DNA of 64,000 nucleotides from the human T2T-CHM13v2.0 reference genome, Homo sapiens. The position numbers and the translations under genes are program-made. The notes beneath the pieces are model-generated. The model made no database searches, was not told where the DNA came from, and worked only from the letters and a program-made list of their open reading frames with translations. The stretch is from the NCBI RefSeq assembly GCF_009914755.1, contig NC_060947.1. One strand, given 5' to 3'. The first letter of the stretch is position 1. Each line of letters starts with the position of its first letter. Below, one piece after another: positions 24,506 through 36,186 of this stretch.

Positions 24506-24644
24506 TGCCTTTCCATCCTGGTACATGGATGCTTTGAAAGATATGGAAGACAGAGCCCAGGCCATAATTGACACCACAGATGATGCTACTGCCATGGCCA
24601 GTGCAAGCCCCAGTGTCATGTCCACCAACTTCTGTCCTGAGTGA
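24441..24644 (+). CDS. MAGEC3: Terminal coding exon of the long MAGEC3 model, carrying the ancestral MAGE C-terminus in a second frame
   Basis: [48 protein letters not shown]...CPE*, homologous to the MAGEC1 C-terminus; joined from exon 23694-24298. Confidence 0.6.
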   Translation, partial: PIQRPAREVLEFLSKLSSIIPSAFPSWYMDALKDMEDRAQAIIDTTDDATAMASASPSVMSTNFCPE

Positions 24645-25141
24645 TGTCTGAAGCAGATTCCCCCTCTGTGTTTGAAGAGGGCAGACAAGGTTCTAGGCAG
24701 TGGAGGTCCAGAGTGGAGCCGGAGGGACCACAGTGGTTTTTGTTTCTGTTTCATATGAGTGACTTAAGAGTTTAACATTTTTTTGTGGGGGGTATATTTT
24801 ACAAATGCTTCTCCTTCCAATTGCTTTAATTCACTTCAGAATCTTAGTTTATGAATATTATTCACACTTGTATTGCCGTTTGTCTGATTTAAGAGAAAGA
24901 GTTTGATATTTCATAAAAAAAGGGAAAATCTGTCTTATTTTATGAACTGAAACAGTATAATATGGTGTTCAGATAAGAATTTTCTTTAAAATTTGAAATA
25001 ACTCTGCAATTAAATGGTGGAACAGAATAAAGTATGTGATATTTGCATATCCTTATCATGTTACTCTGTTGTTCTTCCAAATTAAGGATATATACCTGGC
25101 TTTGCGTGGCTTATTCGAGAAAGTAGCAGAAATTAAATCTT

Positions 25142-25151
25142 AATAAATAAA
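25142..25151 (+). terminator. MAGEC3 polyadenylation signal
   Basis: AATAAATAAA about 500 bp after the ancestral stop codon. Confidence 0.7.
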
Positions 25152-26114
25152 AGCTTCAGTGACTATTTGCTAAACATTATTTGAGCAGTTGCTTGTGGAG
25201 CGTGCTCTTAGTAGTGGGGATACTATGAAAACCAAGACTTATCTCTACCCATAAAATGTTAGAGTCTAAGTTCAGAAGCTGTATCAGGAACATGGTAAGA
25301 TACTCTCTACAATCATAAAAACAAGTTTAAAAAGGAGTGGGCAGGTGAAACTCCAGATGGAGCTTTCAAGTAAAAAGGCCCAGAGCTAAGGCAGTTTTGC
25401 CCTTCGGGAAACTTCAGGTGCTTCTGTGGGAGCTCATGGTTATGAAGCTGGTTGGTGGCAGGGCCCAGACCCTCAGAAGGTGATAGAAAAACCTGGAATG
25501 GAAAACTGCTCTGAGCAGTTCCTTCTGGTGTAGGATGAGGAAGAGAGGAGTCTCCACATGGGGAATTAATAGAAGGTGTCTTGCAGCTGTCTAACTGGTG
25601 AGCTTGAATACAGTGCAAGAACTAGGTGATTGATACCCAACATCTGCAAGGCTTTCCTGAGACATAGGGCGATAATCCCTTGAAGTGTTGCTCAGAAGCC
25701 TCTAGGCTGGCACTTATTTGACTGGCCTGGGAGAACCAGAGCCTACTCCATTGAAAGACATTTAATTAGGTTATTTCAATTGTAATGTGGGCAACTGTAA
25801 GCAAGGGCTAGATTTTTACTGGAGGACAAATGAAAATAGTGGTTTGGAAGGATGAGCAAAAGGCAAGGTGTAAAGGAGTTGGTGTTTGACTCAAATTCTA
25901 GCATCTTTGAGTTGCATTCTAGCTGAAGATGCCTTGCCTTTTCCAAATTATACAATACACCGTTTCAGAAAAAAATGTACTGGGTTTTATTTATGAAGCC
26001 AAAGTTTTGGTTAAGCTGGTATTCCATGACGCATTCACCTACATATTCTCTGAGATGTTATGGATAACAAAACTAAGAGCTGAATATTTCACAAAAGACG
26101 GTAACCTTTGGTGT

Positions 26115-26345
26115 GGTAATCATTGATAACAACTGCCATTTATTAAAATTCCAACATATGCCAGGCACTCTGGCAGGTGTTTTACTCACATTACATACAC
26201 TCCAGCAATTCTATAAGACAGGGCTTATCAAACTCATTTTGCAGGTGAAGAACCCAAGGCTCATAATGCTTGATAAATTCCCAAGACCACATAGCTAGAA
26301 TGTGACAAGGTTTTGACTTGAGCCCTGGTCTGAATTCATTTAGGC
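26115..26345. mobile_element. MIR SINE; paralogue ~37165-37400
   Basis: catttattaa...tatgccaggcact...cattttgcaggtgaagaa MIR core. Confidence 0.7.
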
Positions 26346-29300
26346 CCACACTGTCCCCACTCCTCCCAGCCTGAGGAAGGCCTTTGCCTGTTAAGTCACT
26401 TCTTTTCACACTTGTTAATGTCTCTGAGGTGAAATAAAGATGAACTGTGTGGCTAAGGTATTAAGTTAGGCCACAAGATGGAAGGTCAAATGGGAATAAA
26501 ATACACTTCGGGGAACATTATTGGCTTTCTTTACCTAAAGTCCTCTTGTTCTGAGCCCTAGGTTTCTTGAGAGCTGAATGTCCAGGTGCTGACAGATTTG
26601 TCCATGCCCAACAATTTTTCCCATTGCAGCTCCCCCCAGCTCCTTTTGATCTCCCCTGTGTGGTCTCTTGTGCAACTCTGGAACCTGGCCTGCTGACTAA
26701 CTTCTCATTACGGTCTCACCCTCTGAAGTGTGAGGACTGAGGAGTCACATGTGCACCAGAATAGATGTGAGACTAGCCGCTATTTCTCCTGGTGTAGAGT
26801 GCCTGGAGGTGGCTGCTGAACTCTCAGCGCAAGAACCTAGAAGCACCTGGCCTTCCCCTGAGATAGACCATTCCTACTGCCTGCAGAAGTTCCCTGACTC
26901 ATCCATCTCTCCCCCAGGTTCCTCTATGATAATGGCCTTTCGATGTGACTATTCGCTTTGGATAGTGACATTTCCATACCTAGGCTGGGCATCTTCAACA
27001 CACTCTCAACGTATTACCAAACAGGCTGCAGAGTAAAATCTGATTTGCCAGATAATATATGGGTTTTAGGGATGTAATCCTAAGGTCAGAAATAGCCTAT
27101 TTGAAATCTTTCTAATATTTGATACTTGTAGTATGATTTTAATGAGATGCATTATTTGAAACAGGGCACTGAAAACAGAGATGAACAGGCTTTTGTAGAT
27201 GATCAAATGCCAATCTTTCCTTCATAAACTTTGTAGATGAGGAAAGGCTATAGACGTCACTTTGTAAATGATCCACAAGAAGGTGAATTTCTAAAAAACA
27301 CAAAACAATATCTTGAAGACTGCTTAGGAGGTGACAAGGATACTTTGGGGGACATGCTGGTTTTGATGAGAAATAAACAGTAGTTAAATATCCTTCCACT
27401 CTCTCTTGTCTGTGTACCTGCCCCACAAGAAAATCCTGGCTTGCAGTGAGCCACAGGCCCATGTATAGCTATTCAGGTATGTTCCGTCATATGGAGGGTA
27501 GCAGAGGCTCACAGGGTAGATTATTTACCGTACACGAAAAATATGACAGAATTCTCAGCCTAAAGAAATTACACAGGTTATTAAAAAGGACAGTGCCAAG
27601 TGCTGTTGAGGGAATAACGTAGACCCTCCCTGCCAAGACTTACAGAATTGTTTTAAAACTGGATGTAATCCTGAATTTGAAACCACCAGTCACCTCGTAG
27701 GTGCAAGAAAAAGTTGGAAGATTTCAAGGCTACGCGGACATTCCCAGAAACAATTCCAAGCAATGAAGGCACTTACTGTCATCAATTATAATAGTTGCTT
27801 TTCATTGAGCACCGTAATAACATATGGGAGAGATTGCAAGTGCCCATCTCCATCTTGTCTAGCTCGCCTTCCTGGCGGGTTCATTTGTAGTTAGACAGAA
27901 GCCAGTGTATCATTCCCATGCTTTCATTTCCGTTCAGCACTTAACATCTGTTGTGACGTGGAGCTATAAGGTGACAGCAGCTTGGATTCCTGGCTGAGGT
28001 GAAAGCCAGGACCCGCCGTGGATTAGTTTCTTATACCATAACAGAATACCACAGACGGGGTGACTTAAACAATACAAATGAATTTTCTCCCATTTCTGGA
28101 GGCTAAATATCTAAGATCAAGATGTGGGCCAGTTTGATTTCTTCCCTGGCCTCTCCGTGGCTTGCTGATGGCCACTTTCTCACTAAATTCTTACATGGTT
28201 TTTCCTTGGTCTGTGTGTCTGTATCTTAATCTGCTCTTTTATGAGGACACCTGTCATACTGAATATGAGCCTAACCTTAAGACCTCATTTTACCTTAATT
28301 ACCTCTTTAAAGTTTCTATCTTCAAATACAGTCACATTCTGGGATACTGGGTTTTAAGACGGATATATGAATTTTGGGGGAGATTCAAAATTCAGCCCAT
28401 AATACCCTGCCAACTAAATTCAGAATTTATGTACAAAAAAGTAAACGTGTTGAGTCATGTAAAAATGAAGGATTTTTTTGTTGTTGTTCCAAGAGCTTAC
28501 TGTTATTTTATCTGCCTCCTGGACTGCTCCTCATCCTTTTCTTAGGCTTATTTCAATACTTTCCTTACAAATAAATACTGCATATATTGTTGTTGCAAAA
28601 ACTTAAAAAAAGAGGTAGAAATCACAATTCTCCCTTTTGGAAAGTTCCTCCAAAATTCAGCCCCCTATTCAGAAGTTTCCACAATTAACCGTGTGGTGTT
28701 TAAATTTAAAAGCTGATTTAGAGTTTTGAGAAGATTGATGTGGTTTTTAAAGTAAAATTTATACATATATGAGCTTATGTATGTGTTTATAACTACACAT
28801 GGGTAATAATATACATATAGGTCTGCCACTTCCCTTTCCACTATTATAGATTCAATTGCACCCCCACTGAAGTCTTATGTTGAAATTAACATGTGGCATT
28901 ATTTGGAGACGGGATTATCTCAGAGGCAAGGAAGTTAAAATGTGGTTATTAAAGAAGAGCTGGTACTATTCCTATGCAAACATCCTTTGTTTATTAATAA
29001 ACATACTTTATTCACATTTATTTCCTTGTCACGAAAGTCTATTTTCTGTCCCAAGATACCCTGAGGATACGCCATTACACTTGTTCATCATGTCTCTTTA
29101 AATGCCCTTTGGCTGTGCCAGTTCACTGAGACTTCTCTTGATTTTGAAAACATTGACAGTTTGGAGGTGTATGGTCAGGTATTTTGTAAAATAGCCTTTG
29201 ATTGGGAATTAAGTGATTATTTTTTATGATTTGATGTAGGTTACGTTTTCTTGGAAGATGAACAGAGAAGTGAAGTGCCATTCTTATCATATCATACCGA

Positions 29301-30599
29301 CGGCACATAATACCAACACAATTTGTCACTGATGATGTTACTTTGATCACCATGGTGACCTAGTGTTTGTCAGTTTTCTTCAGGGTAAAGTCACATTACT
29401 TTTTTCCCTGTGTCATACTGTCATCTTGGGAAGGATAGGAAGACCCAGGACCAGCCAGTAGTCAGATGAGGCCTCTGAGGGAAAACTGCAGAAACCTCCT
29501 GCCCACAAAGAAGAGGATCCACAGAAACCAGCTCCCCACCTGTTGTCATCCCTGGGAGGCCCAGGGGCATGTTGACCCACAGTGCTGTCCCCTGACGTCT
29601 TAGCGTGTAGAAAGAGGAGAAGGCTGTGCTTAGGTGAGTCTCACTTCAGATCATGAGAGCGGAAGATCAGGAGGGGGGCCTTCTAGGCATCCCCAGGCTG
29701 ATACAGAGGATGGACTGGTGAGCTACCCCACCACGGACACAGGAGGATCCCCAAAAACCTGCCCGTTTTCACTGCTAGGAGGCCTTGGGCAGGGCCATTA
29801 GGGAGAGACGCTAGCGTGCTCCAGTCCCTCTTGGGGGGTTCATGGAAATGGGAACCTTGATCTGAAAAACAGTCCCTGGAGAGAAGAGGGAGGGAGTGGA
29901 GGCCGTATCAGGAATAATAGGTTGAGGAAGACTGAGGGTCCCTCCCATGCCATTTCAGACGGAGGGCAGTGGAGCCCTACCTGGAGTCTGGGAGGCCATA
30001 CCCCACTGTGGATGGATGTGATTCTACCTCTCTTGCACCTTGCAGGTCTCAAGGATGGGAGGGGCTTATTCGGAGGTGAAAGACTCAGATGCATAGAGGC
30101 AGGGAGCCCAGACAATGTCAGGAGTCCAGGAACAGCCTCTCAGGAAGGCAGGAAGGGAACACCCATGACTGGTAGTGCTGCCTGTCCTGTCCCTGTGCCT
30201 GCTGCCAGCCATGGAGGAGCCCATCAGGGTCCCCAGATTTACAAATTTCTGACTTCCATTTTGGGAGTCAGCCAGAGGGGAGATTTTCTCTGAGGAGGGC
30301 AGCTTCAGTTAAACAGAGGGAGTAGCCCCAGGGCTGGCCACTCAACAAGAAGAGAACTCTGTCGAAGGACAGTGACCTCCGAACACGGGGGAGGCACAGG
30401 CTGCACCCTGCCACTCCCTGCTGTCAGCCCTGGAAAAAGGTGGGGTGTGAGTGTCAAGGACTGGGGAGGTGGGAGGGAAGAGGTCAGCAGGGCTTAGGGA
30501 GTGAGCAGAAAGGTTTGGAGCACATCCTGGAGGTGGGAAGGAAGGGATGGAAAGGAGGCTGACAAGCGGGCGGCGGGCGGGGGGGCGCCTTCCTCCTCT

Positions 30600-30791
30600 G
30601 AGAGGAGGCCCCGCCCCACGCTATCCGGGCTGTCAGCCCTGATCAACCCTGACAGAGTTCCCGGATGTGCTTTGCCGGATGTGCTTTCCCGGCGGCCATC
30701 TTGGGAGTCTGAAGGACCTGAGGCATTTTGTGACGAGGATCGTCTCAGGTCAGCGGAGGGAGGAGACTTATAGACCTATCCAGTCTTCAAG
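30600..30791 (+). promoter_or_regulatory. MAGEC1: MAGEC1 core promoter and exon 1: GC box 30609-30617, tandem Ets sites CCGGATGT at 30661 and 30675, YY1-type GGCGGCCATCTT 30691-30702, donor 30791|30792
   Basis: Motifs read directly; locally CpG-rich; methylation-sensitive Ets sites are established drivers of MAGE-A1 transcription. Confidence 0.75.
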
Positions 30792-31529
30792 GTGAGGGCC
30801 CCGAGGGAGAAGTGAGGGACAACCCCACCACAGAGAGAAGCAGCCCTGGCCTGCCCTATCCCTGCGGTGGCACTTGTAGGTGGCGGAAACGAAGATGGTA
30901 GCCGAGGGCTGAGGGACGTGTCCTCACGGCAGAAGAAGGGAGGAAATGCCGGCCCTCTAGAGAATAAATAGGAAGGCATTGAGGAGGACCGGGGGAACCC
31001 CCACCTCAGAGGACAGATTCCCAGAGATTCCCACCCTGCTCCTCAAATCAGCCCCCATAGAGCTCTCCAGGTGGCTGAGGCTGAGCGGCCACCCTCTCAC
31101 TGCTGGGTGAGGGGTGTGGGGGAGGGGGAGGAGGAGGCCTTGTTCTGGGGGTCCCATGGCAAGTCAGCATGGGGAGCTGCCTCCAGTTGGCAGAGGGAAG
31201 ATTCCCAGGCCCTGCTGGGAACAAGAGTGAGGACTGAGGGGTCACATGTGCGTCAGAACAGACGTGAGGCCACAGGGACCGCCCCCGTGGTAGAGTGCTG
31301 GGAGGTGGCTGCCACCTCACTACCTCCCACTGCTCTCAGTGATGTGGAGTTTTCCTGAGGTTTTTCCTCAGGCCAGCAGAGTGGTGGGGGCCTGGCCCTG
31401 TCTGAGAAAATGTGACAATGCTAATTGAATTCTGAGGGGGTCACGAACCTCAGAATTGTGGGACTCTGGGAGTCTGGCCAGCCCCAGCTGCCGTCTTAGC
31501 TGGAGGGGCTCCCTCCCTTCCTCTTGCAG

Positions 31530-31889
31530 GTGCTCCAGAAAGCAGGAGTTGAAGACCTGGGTGTGAGGGACACATACATCCTAAAAGCACCACAGCAGAG
31601 GAGGCCCAGGCAGTGCCAGGAGTCAAGGTGAGTGCACGACCTGACTGTGTACCAAGGGCCCTACCCCCAGAAACAGGGCAGACCTGGCAGCACCCGGCCT
31701 GTAGCCACCCACTGTCATTCCTGGTGCCTCAGGCTCTGCCTGCCAGCTGTGCCCCGAGGTGCTTTCTCGCGTCCTTCTACAGGTTCCCAGAAGACAAACC
31801 CCCTAGGAAGACAGGCGACCTGTGAGGCCCTAGAGCACCACCTTAAGAGAAGAAGAGCTGTAAGCCGGCCTTTGTCAGAGCCATCATGG
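31530..31889 (+). other. MAGEC1: MAGEC1 exon 2 (31530-31627) and exon 3 (31783-31889, ends with ATG G)
   Basis: ttgcag|gtgctc, caag|gtgagt, ctacag|gttccc, catcATGG|gtgagt. Confidence 0.8.
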
Positions 31890-34800
31890 GTGAGTTTCTC
31901 AGCTGAGGCCACTGGCACTGTCCCTCTCTCCCTCAGTCCTGTGGGATCCCATCATACCTATTCGTGTTCACACGTTTACCTGCTGCTCCTGAACAATATT
32001 CATCATGCCTCTCTTTCTAAACCTTCCACGCCCCAGCTTTGAGCAAGGCTTCCAGAAGGCAATTTTCATACTGGAGTTGGTAGATGCAGAGGATCCCCCA
32101 GATGAGGAAGAGGAGGAAGCTTCCTCCATTTTCTCTTCCTCTTTCCACTTTTTATTCCCCTCGTCCTCCTCCTGTTTTTCTTTCTCATCCTCATCCTCCT
32201 CTCTGCTTCTGCGTTCTCCAGGGGACAAGGATATGCCTACTGCTGGGATGCCGAGTCTTCTCCAGAGTTCCTCTGAGAGTCCTCAGAGTTATCCTGAGGG
32301 GGAGGACTCCCAGTCTCCTCTCCAGATTCCCCAGAGTTCTCCTGAGAGCGACGACACCCTGTATCCTCTCCAGAGTCCTCAGAGTCGTTCTGAGGGGGAG
32401 GACTCCTCGGATCCTCTCCAGAGACCTCCTGAGGGGAAGGACTCCCAGTCTCCTCTCCAGATTCCCCAGAGTTCTCCTGAGGGCGACGACACCCAGTCTC
32501 CTCTCCAGAATTCTCAGAGTTCTCCTGAGGGGAAGGACTCCCTGTCTCCTCTAGAGATTTCTCAGAGCCCTCCTGAGGGTGAGGATGTCCAGTCTCCTCT
32601 GCAGAATCCTGCGAGTTCCTTCTTCTCCTCTGCTTTATTGAGTATTTTCCAGAGTTCCCCTGAGAGTATTCAAAGTCCTTTTGAGGGTTTTCCCCAGTCT
32701 GTTCTCCAGATTCCTGTGAGCGCCGCCTCCTCCTCCACTTTAGTGAGTATTTTCCAGAGTTCCCCTGAGAGTACTCAAAGTCCTTTTGAGGGTTTTCCCC
32801 AGTCTCCACTCCAGATTCCTGTGAGCCGCTCCTTCTCCTCCACTTTATTGAGTATTTTCCAGAGTTCCCCTGAGAGAAGTCAGAGAACTTCTGAGGGTTT
32901 TGCACAGTCTCCTCTCCAGATTCCTGTGAGCTCCTCCTCGTCCTCCACTTTACTGAGTCTTTTCCAGAGTTCCCCTGAGAGAACTCAGAGTACTTTTGAG
33001 GGTTTTCCCCAGTCTCCACTCCAGATTCCTGTGAGCCGCTCCTTCTCCTCCACTTTATTGAGTATTTTCCAGAGTTCCCCTGAGAGAACTCAGAGTACTT
33101 TTGAGGGTTTTGCCCAGTCTCCTCTCCAGATTCCTGTGAGCTCCTCCTCCTCCTCCACTTTATTGAGTCTTTTCCAGAGTTCCCCTGAGAGAACTCAGAG
33201 TACTTTTGAGGGTTTTCCCCAGTCTCTTCTCCAGATTCCTATGACCTCCTCCTTCTCCTCTACTTTATTGAGTATTTTCCAGAGTTCTCCTGAGAGTGCT
33301 CAAAGTACTTTTGAGGGTTTTCCCCAGTCTCCTCTCCAGATTCCTGGGAGCCCCTCCTTCTCCTCCACTTTACTGAGTCTTTTCCAGAGTTCCCCTGAGA
33401 GAACTCACAGTACTTTTGAGGGTTTTCCCCAGTCTCCTCTCCAGATTCCTATGACCTCCTCCTTCTCCTCTACTTTATTGAGTATTTTACAGAGTTCTCC
33501 TGAGAGTGCTCAAAGTGCTTTTGAGGGTTTTCCCCAGTCTCCTCTCCAGATTCCTGTGAGCTCCTCTTTCTCCTACACTTTATTGAGTCTTTTCCAGAGT
33601 TCCCCTGAGAGAACTCAGAGTACTTTTGAGGGTTTTCCCCAGTCTCCTCTCCAGATTCCTGTGAGCTCCTCCTCCTCCTCCTCCACTTTATTGAGTCTTT
33701 TCCAGAGTTCCCCTGAGTGTACTCAAAGTACTTTTGAGGGTTTTCCCCAGTCTCCTCTCCAGATTCCTCAGAGTCCTCCTGAAGGGGAGAATACCCATTC
33801 TCCTCTCCAGATTGTTCCAAGTCTTCCTGAGTGGGAGGACTCCCTGTCTCCTCACTACTTTCCTCAGAGCCCTCCTCAGGGGGAGGACTCCCTATCTCCT
33901 CACTACTTTCCTCAGAGCCCTCCTCAGGGGGAGGACTCCCTGTCTCCTCACTACTTTCCTCAGAGCCCTCAGGGGGAGGACTCCCTGTCTCCTCACTACT
34001 TTCCTCAGAGCCCTCCTCAGGGGGAGGACTCCATGTCTCCTCTCTACTTTCCTCAGAGTCCTCTTCAGGGGGAGGAATTCCAGTCTTCTCTCCAGAGCCC
34101 TGTGAGCATCTGCTCCTCCTCCACTCCATCCAGTCTTCCCCAGAGTTTCCCTGAGAGTTCTCAGAGTCCTCCTGAGGGGCCTGTCCAGTCTCCTCTCCAT
34201 AGTCCTCAGAGCCCTCCTGAGGGGATGCACTCCCAATCTCCTCTCCAGAGTCCTGAGAGTGCTCCTGAGGGGGAGGATTCCCTGTCTCCTCTCCAAATTC
34301 CTCAGAGTCCTCTTGAGGGAGAGGACTCCCTGTCTTCTCTCCATTTTCCTCAGAGTCCTCCTGAGTGGGAGGACTCCCTCTCTCCTCTCCACTTTCCTCA
34401 GTTTCCTCCTCAGGGGGAGGACTTCCAGTCTTCTCTCCAGAGTCCTGTGAGTATCTGCTCCTCCTCCACTTCTTTGAGTCTTCCCCAGAGTTTCCCTGAG
34501 AGTCCTCAGAGTCCTCCTGAGGGGCCTGCTCAGTCTCCTCTCCAGAGACCTGTCAGCTCCTTCTTCTCCTACACTTTAGCGAGTCTTCTCCAAAGTTCCC
34601 ATGAGAGTCCTCAGAGTCCTCCTGAGGGGCCTGCCCAGTCTCCTCTCCAGAGTCCTGTGAGCTCCTTCCCCTCCTCCACTTCATCGAGTCTTTCCCAGAG
34701 TTCTCCTGTGAGCTCCTTCCCCTCCTCCACTTCATCGAGTCTTTCCAAGAGTTCCCCTGAGAGTCCTCTCCAGAGTCCTGTGATCTCCTTCTCCTCCTCC

Positions 34801-35646
34801 ACTTCATTGAGCCCATTCAGTGAAGAGTCCAGCAGCCCAGTAGATGAATATACAAGTTCCTCAGACACCTTGCTAGAGAGTGATTCCTTGACAGACAGCG
34901 AGTCCTTGATAGAGAGCGAGCCCTTGTTCACTTATACACTGGATGAAAAGGTGGACGAGTTGGCGCGGTTTCTTCTCCTCAAATATCAAGTGAAGCAGCC
35001 TATCACAAAGCCAGAGATGCTGACGAATGTCATCAGCAGGTACACGGGCTACTTTCCTGTGATCTTCAGGAAAGCCCGTGAGTTCATAGAGATACTTTTT
35101 GGCATTTCCCTGAGAGAAGTGGACCCTGATGACTCCTATGTCTTTGTAAACACATTAGACCTCACCTCTGAGGGGTGTCTGAGTGATGAGCAGGGCATGT
35201 CCCAGAACCGCCTCCTGATTCTTATTCTGAGTATCATCTTCATAAAGGGCACCTATGCCTCTGAGGAGGTCATCTGGGATGTGCTGAGTGGAATAGGGGT
35301 GCGTGCTGGGAGGGAGCACTTTGCCTTTGGGGAGCCCAGGGAGCTCCTCACTAAAGTTTGGGTGCAGGAACATTACCTAGAGTACCGGGAGGTGCCCAAC
35401 TCTTCTCCTCCTCGTTACGAATTCCTGTGGGGTCCAAGAGCTCATTCAGAAGTCATTAAGAGGAAAGTAGTAGAGTTTTTGGCCATGCTAAAGAATACCG
35501 TCCCTATTACCTTTCCATCCTCTTACAAGGATGCTTTGAAAGATGTGGAAGAGAGAGCCCAGGCCATAATTGACACCACAGATGATTCGACTGCCACAGA
35601 AAGTGCAAGCTCCAGTGTCATGTCCCCCAGCTTCTCTTCTGAGTGA
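31886..35646 (+). CDS. MAGEC1: Melanoma-associated antigen C1 (CT7), join 31886-31889 + 32222-35646, 1142 aa
   Basis: ATG G spliced to ctccag|gggac gives MGDKDMPTAG; long Ser/Pro/Gln repeats then an intact MAGE homology domain ending SPSFSSE; length matches the known protein. Confidence 0.96.
32617..33774 (+). repeat. Coding VNTR: 11 x 105 bp (35 aa)
   Basis: Units of xSxSSTLLS(I/L)FQSSPExTQSTFEGFPQSPLQIPVS counted from the translation; the last unit has one extra Ser. Confidence 0.95.
33775..34800 (+). repeat. Coding 42-bp (14-aa) repeats and larger degenerate duplications; similar 14-aa repeats at ~32280-32610
   Basis: PPQGEDSLSPHYFPQS units; duplicated FQSSLQSPVSICSSST..SLPQSFPES.QSPPEGP block; duplicated PVSSFPSSTSSSLS. 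Confidence 0.9.
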
Positions 35647-36176
35647 AGTCTAGGGCAGATTCTTCCCTCTGAGTTTGAAGGGGGCAGTCGAGTTTCTACG
35701 TGGTGGAGGGCCTGGTTGAGGCTGGAGAGAACACAGTGCTATTTGCATTTCTGTTCCATATGGGTAGTTATGGGGTTTACCTGTTTTACTTTTGGGTATT
35801 TTTCAAATGCTTTTCCTATTAATAACAGGTTTAAATAGCTTCAGAATCCTAGTTTATGCACATGAGTCGCACATGTATTGCTGTTTTTCTGGTTTAAGAG
35901 TAACAGTTTGATATTTTGTAAAAACAAAAACACACCCAAACACACCACATTGGGAAAACCTTCTGCCTCATTTTGTGATGTGTCACAGGTTAATGTGGTG
36001 TTACTGTAGGAATTTTCTTGAAACTGTGAAGGAACTCTGCAGTTAAATAGTGGAATAAAGTAAAGGATTGTTAATGTTTGCATTTCCTCAGGTCCTTTAG
36101 TCTGTTGTTCTTGAAAACTAAAGATACATACCTGGTTTGCTTGGCTTACGTAAGAAAGTAGAAGAAAGTAAACTGT

Positions 36177-36186
36177 AATAAATAAA
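36177..36186 (+). terminator. MAGEC1 polyadenylation signal
   Basis: AATAAATAAA about 530 bp after the stop codon. Confidence 0.75.

Noticed and set aside
31886-31992. uORF from ATG 31886 spliced to acceptor 31937
   Set aside because: It would need a 47-nt intron, below the usual human minimum.
32617-33774. Regularly spaced repeats resembling a CRISPR array
   Set aside because: Contiguous in-frame coding tandem repeats without unique spacers, in primate DNA with no cas genes.
32237-34931. Long antisense and alternate-frame ORFs (260, 219, 166, 156 aa) over MAGEC1
   Set aside because: Shadows of the low-complexity Ser/Pro/Gln coding repeats; no independent gene signals.
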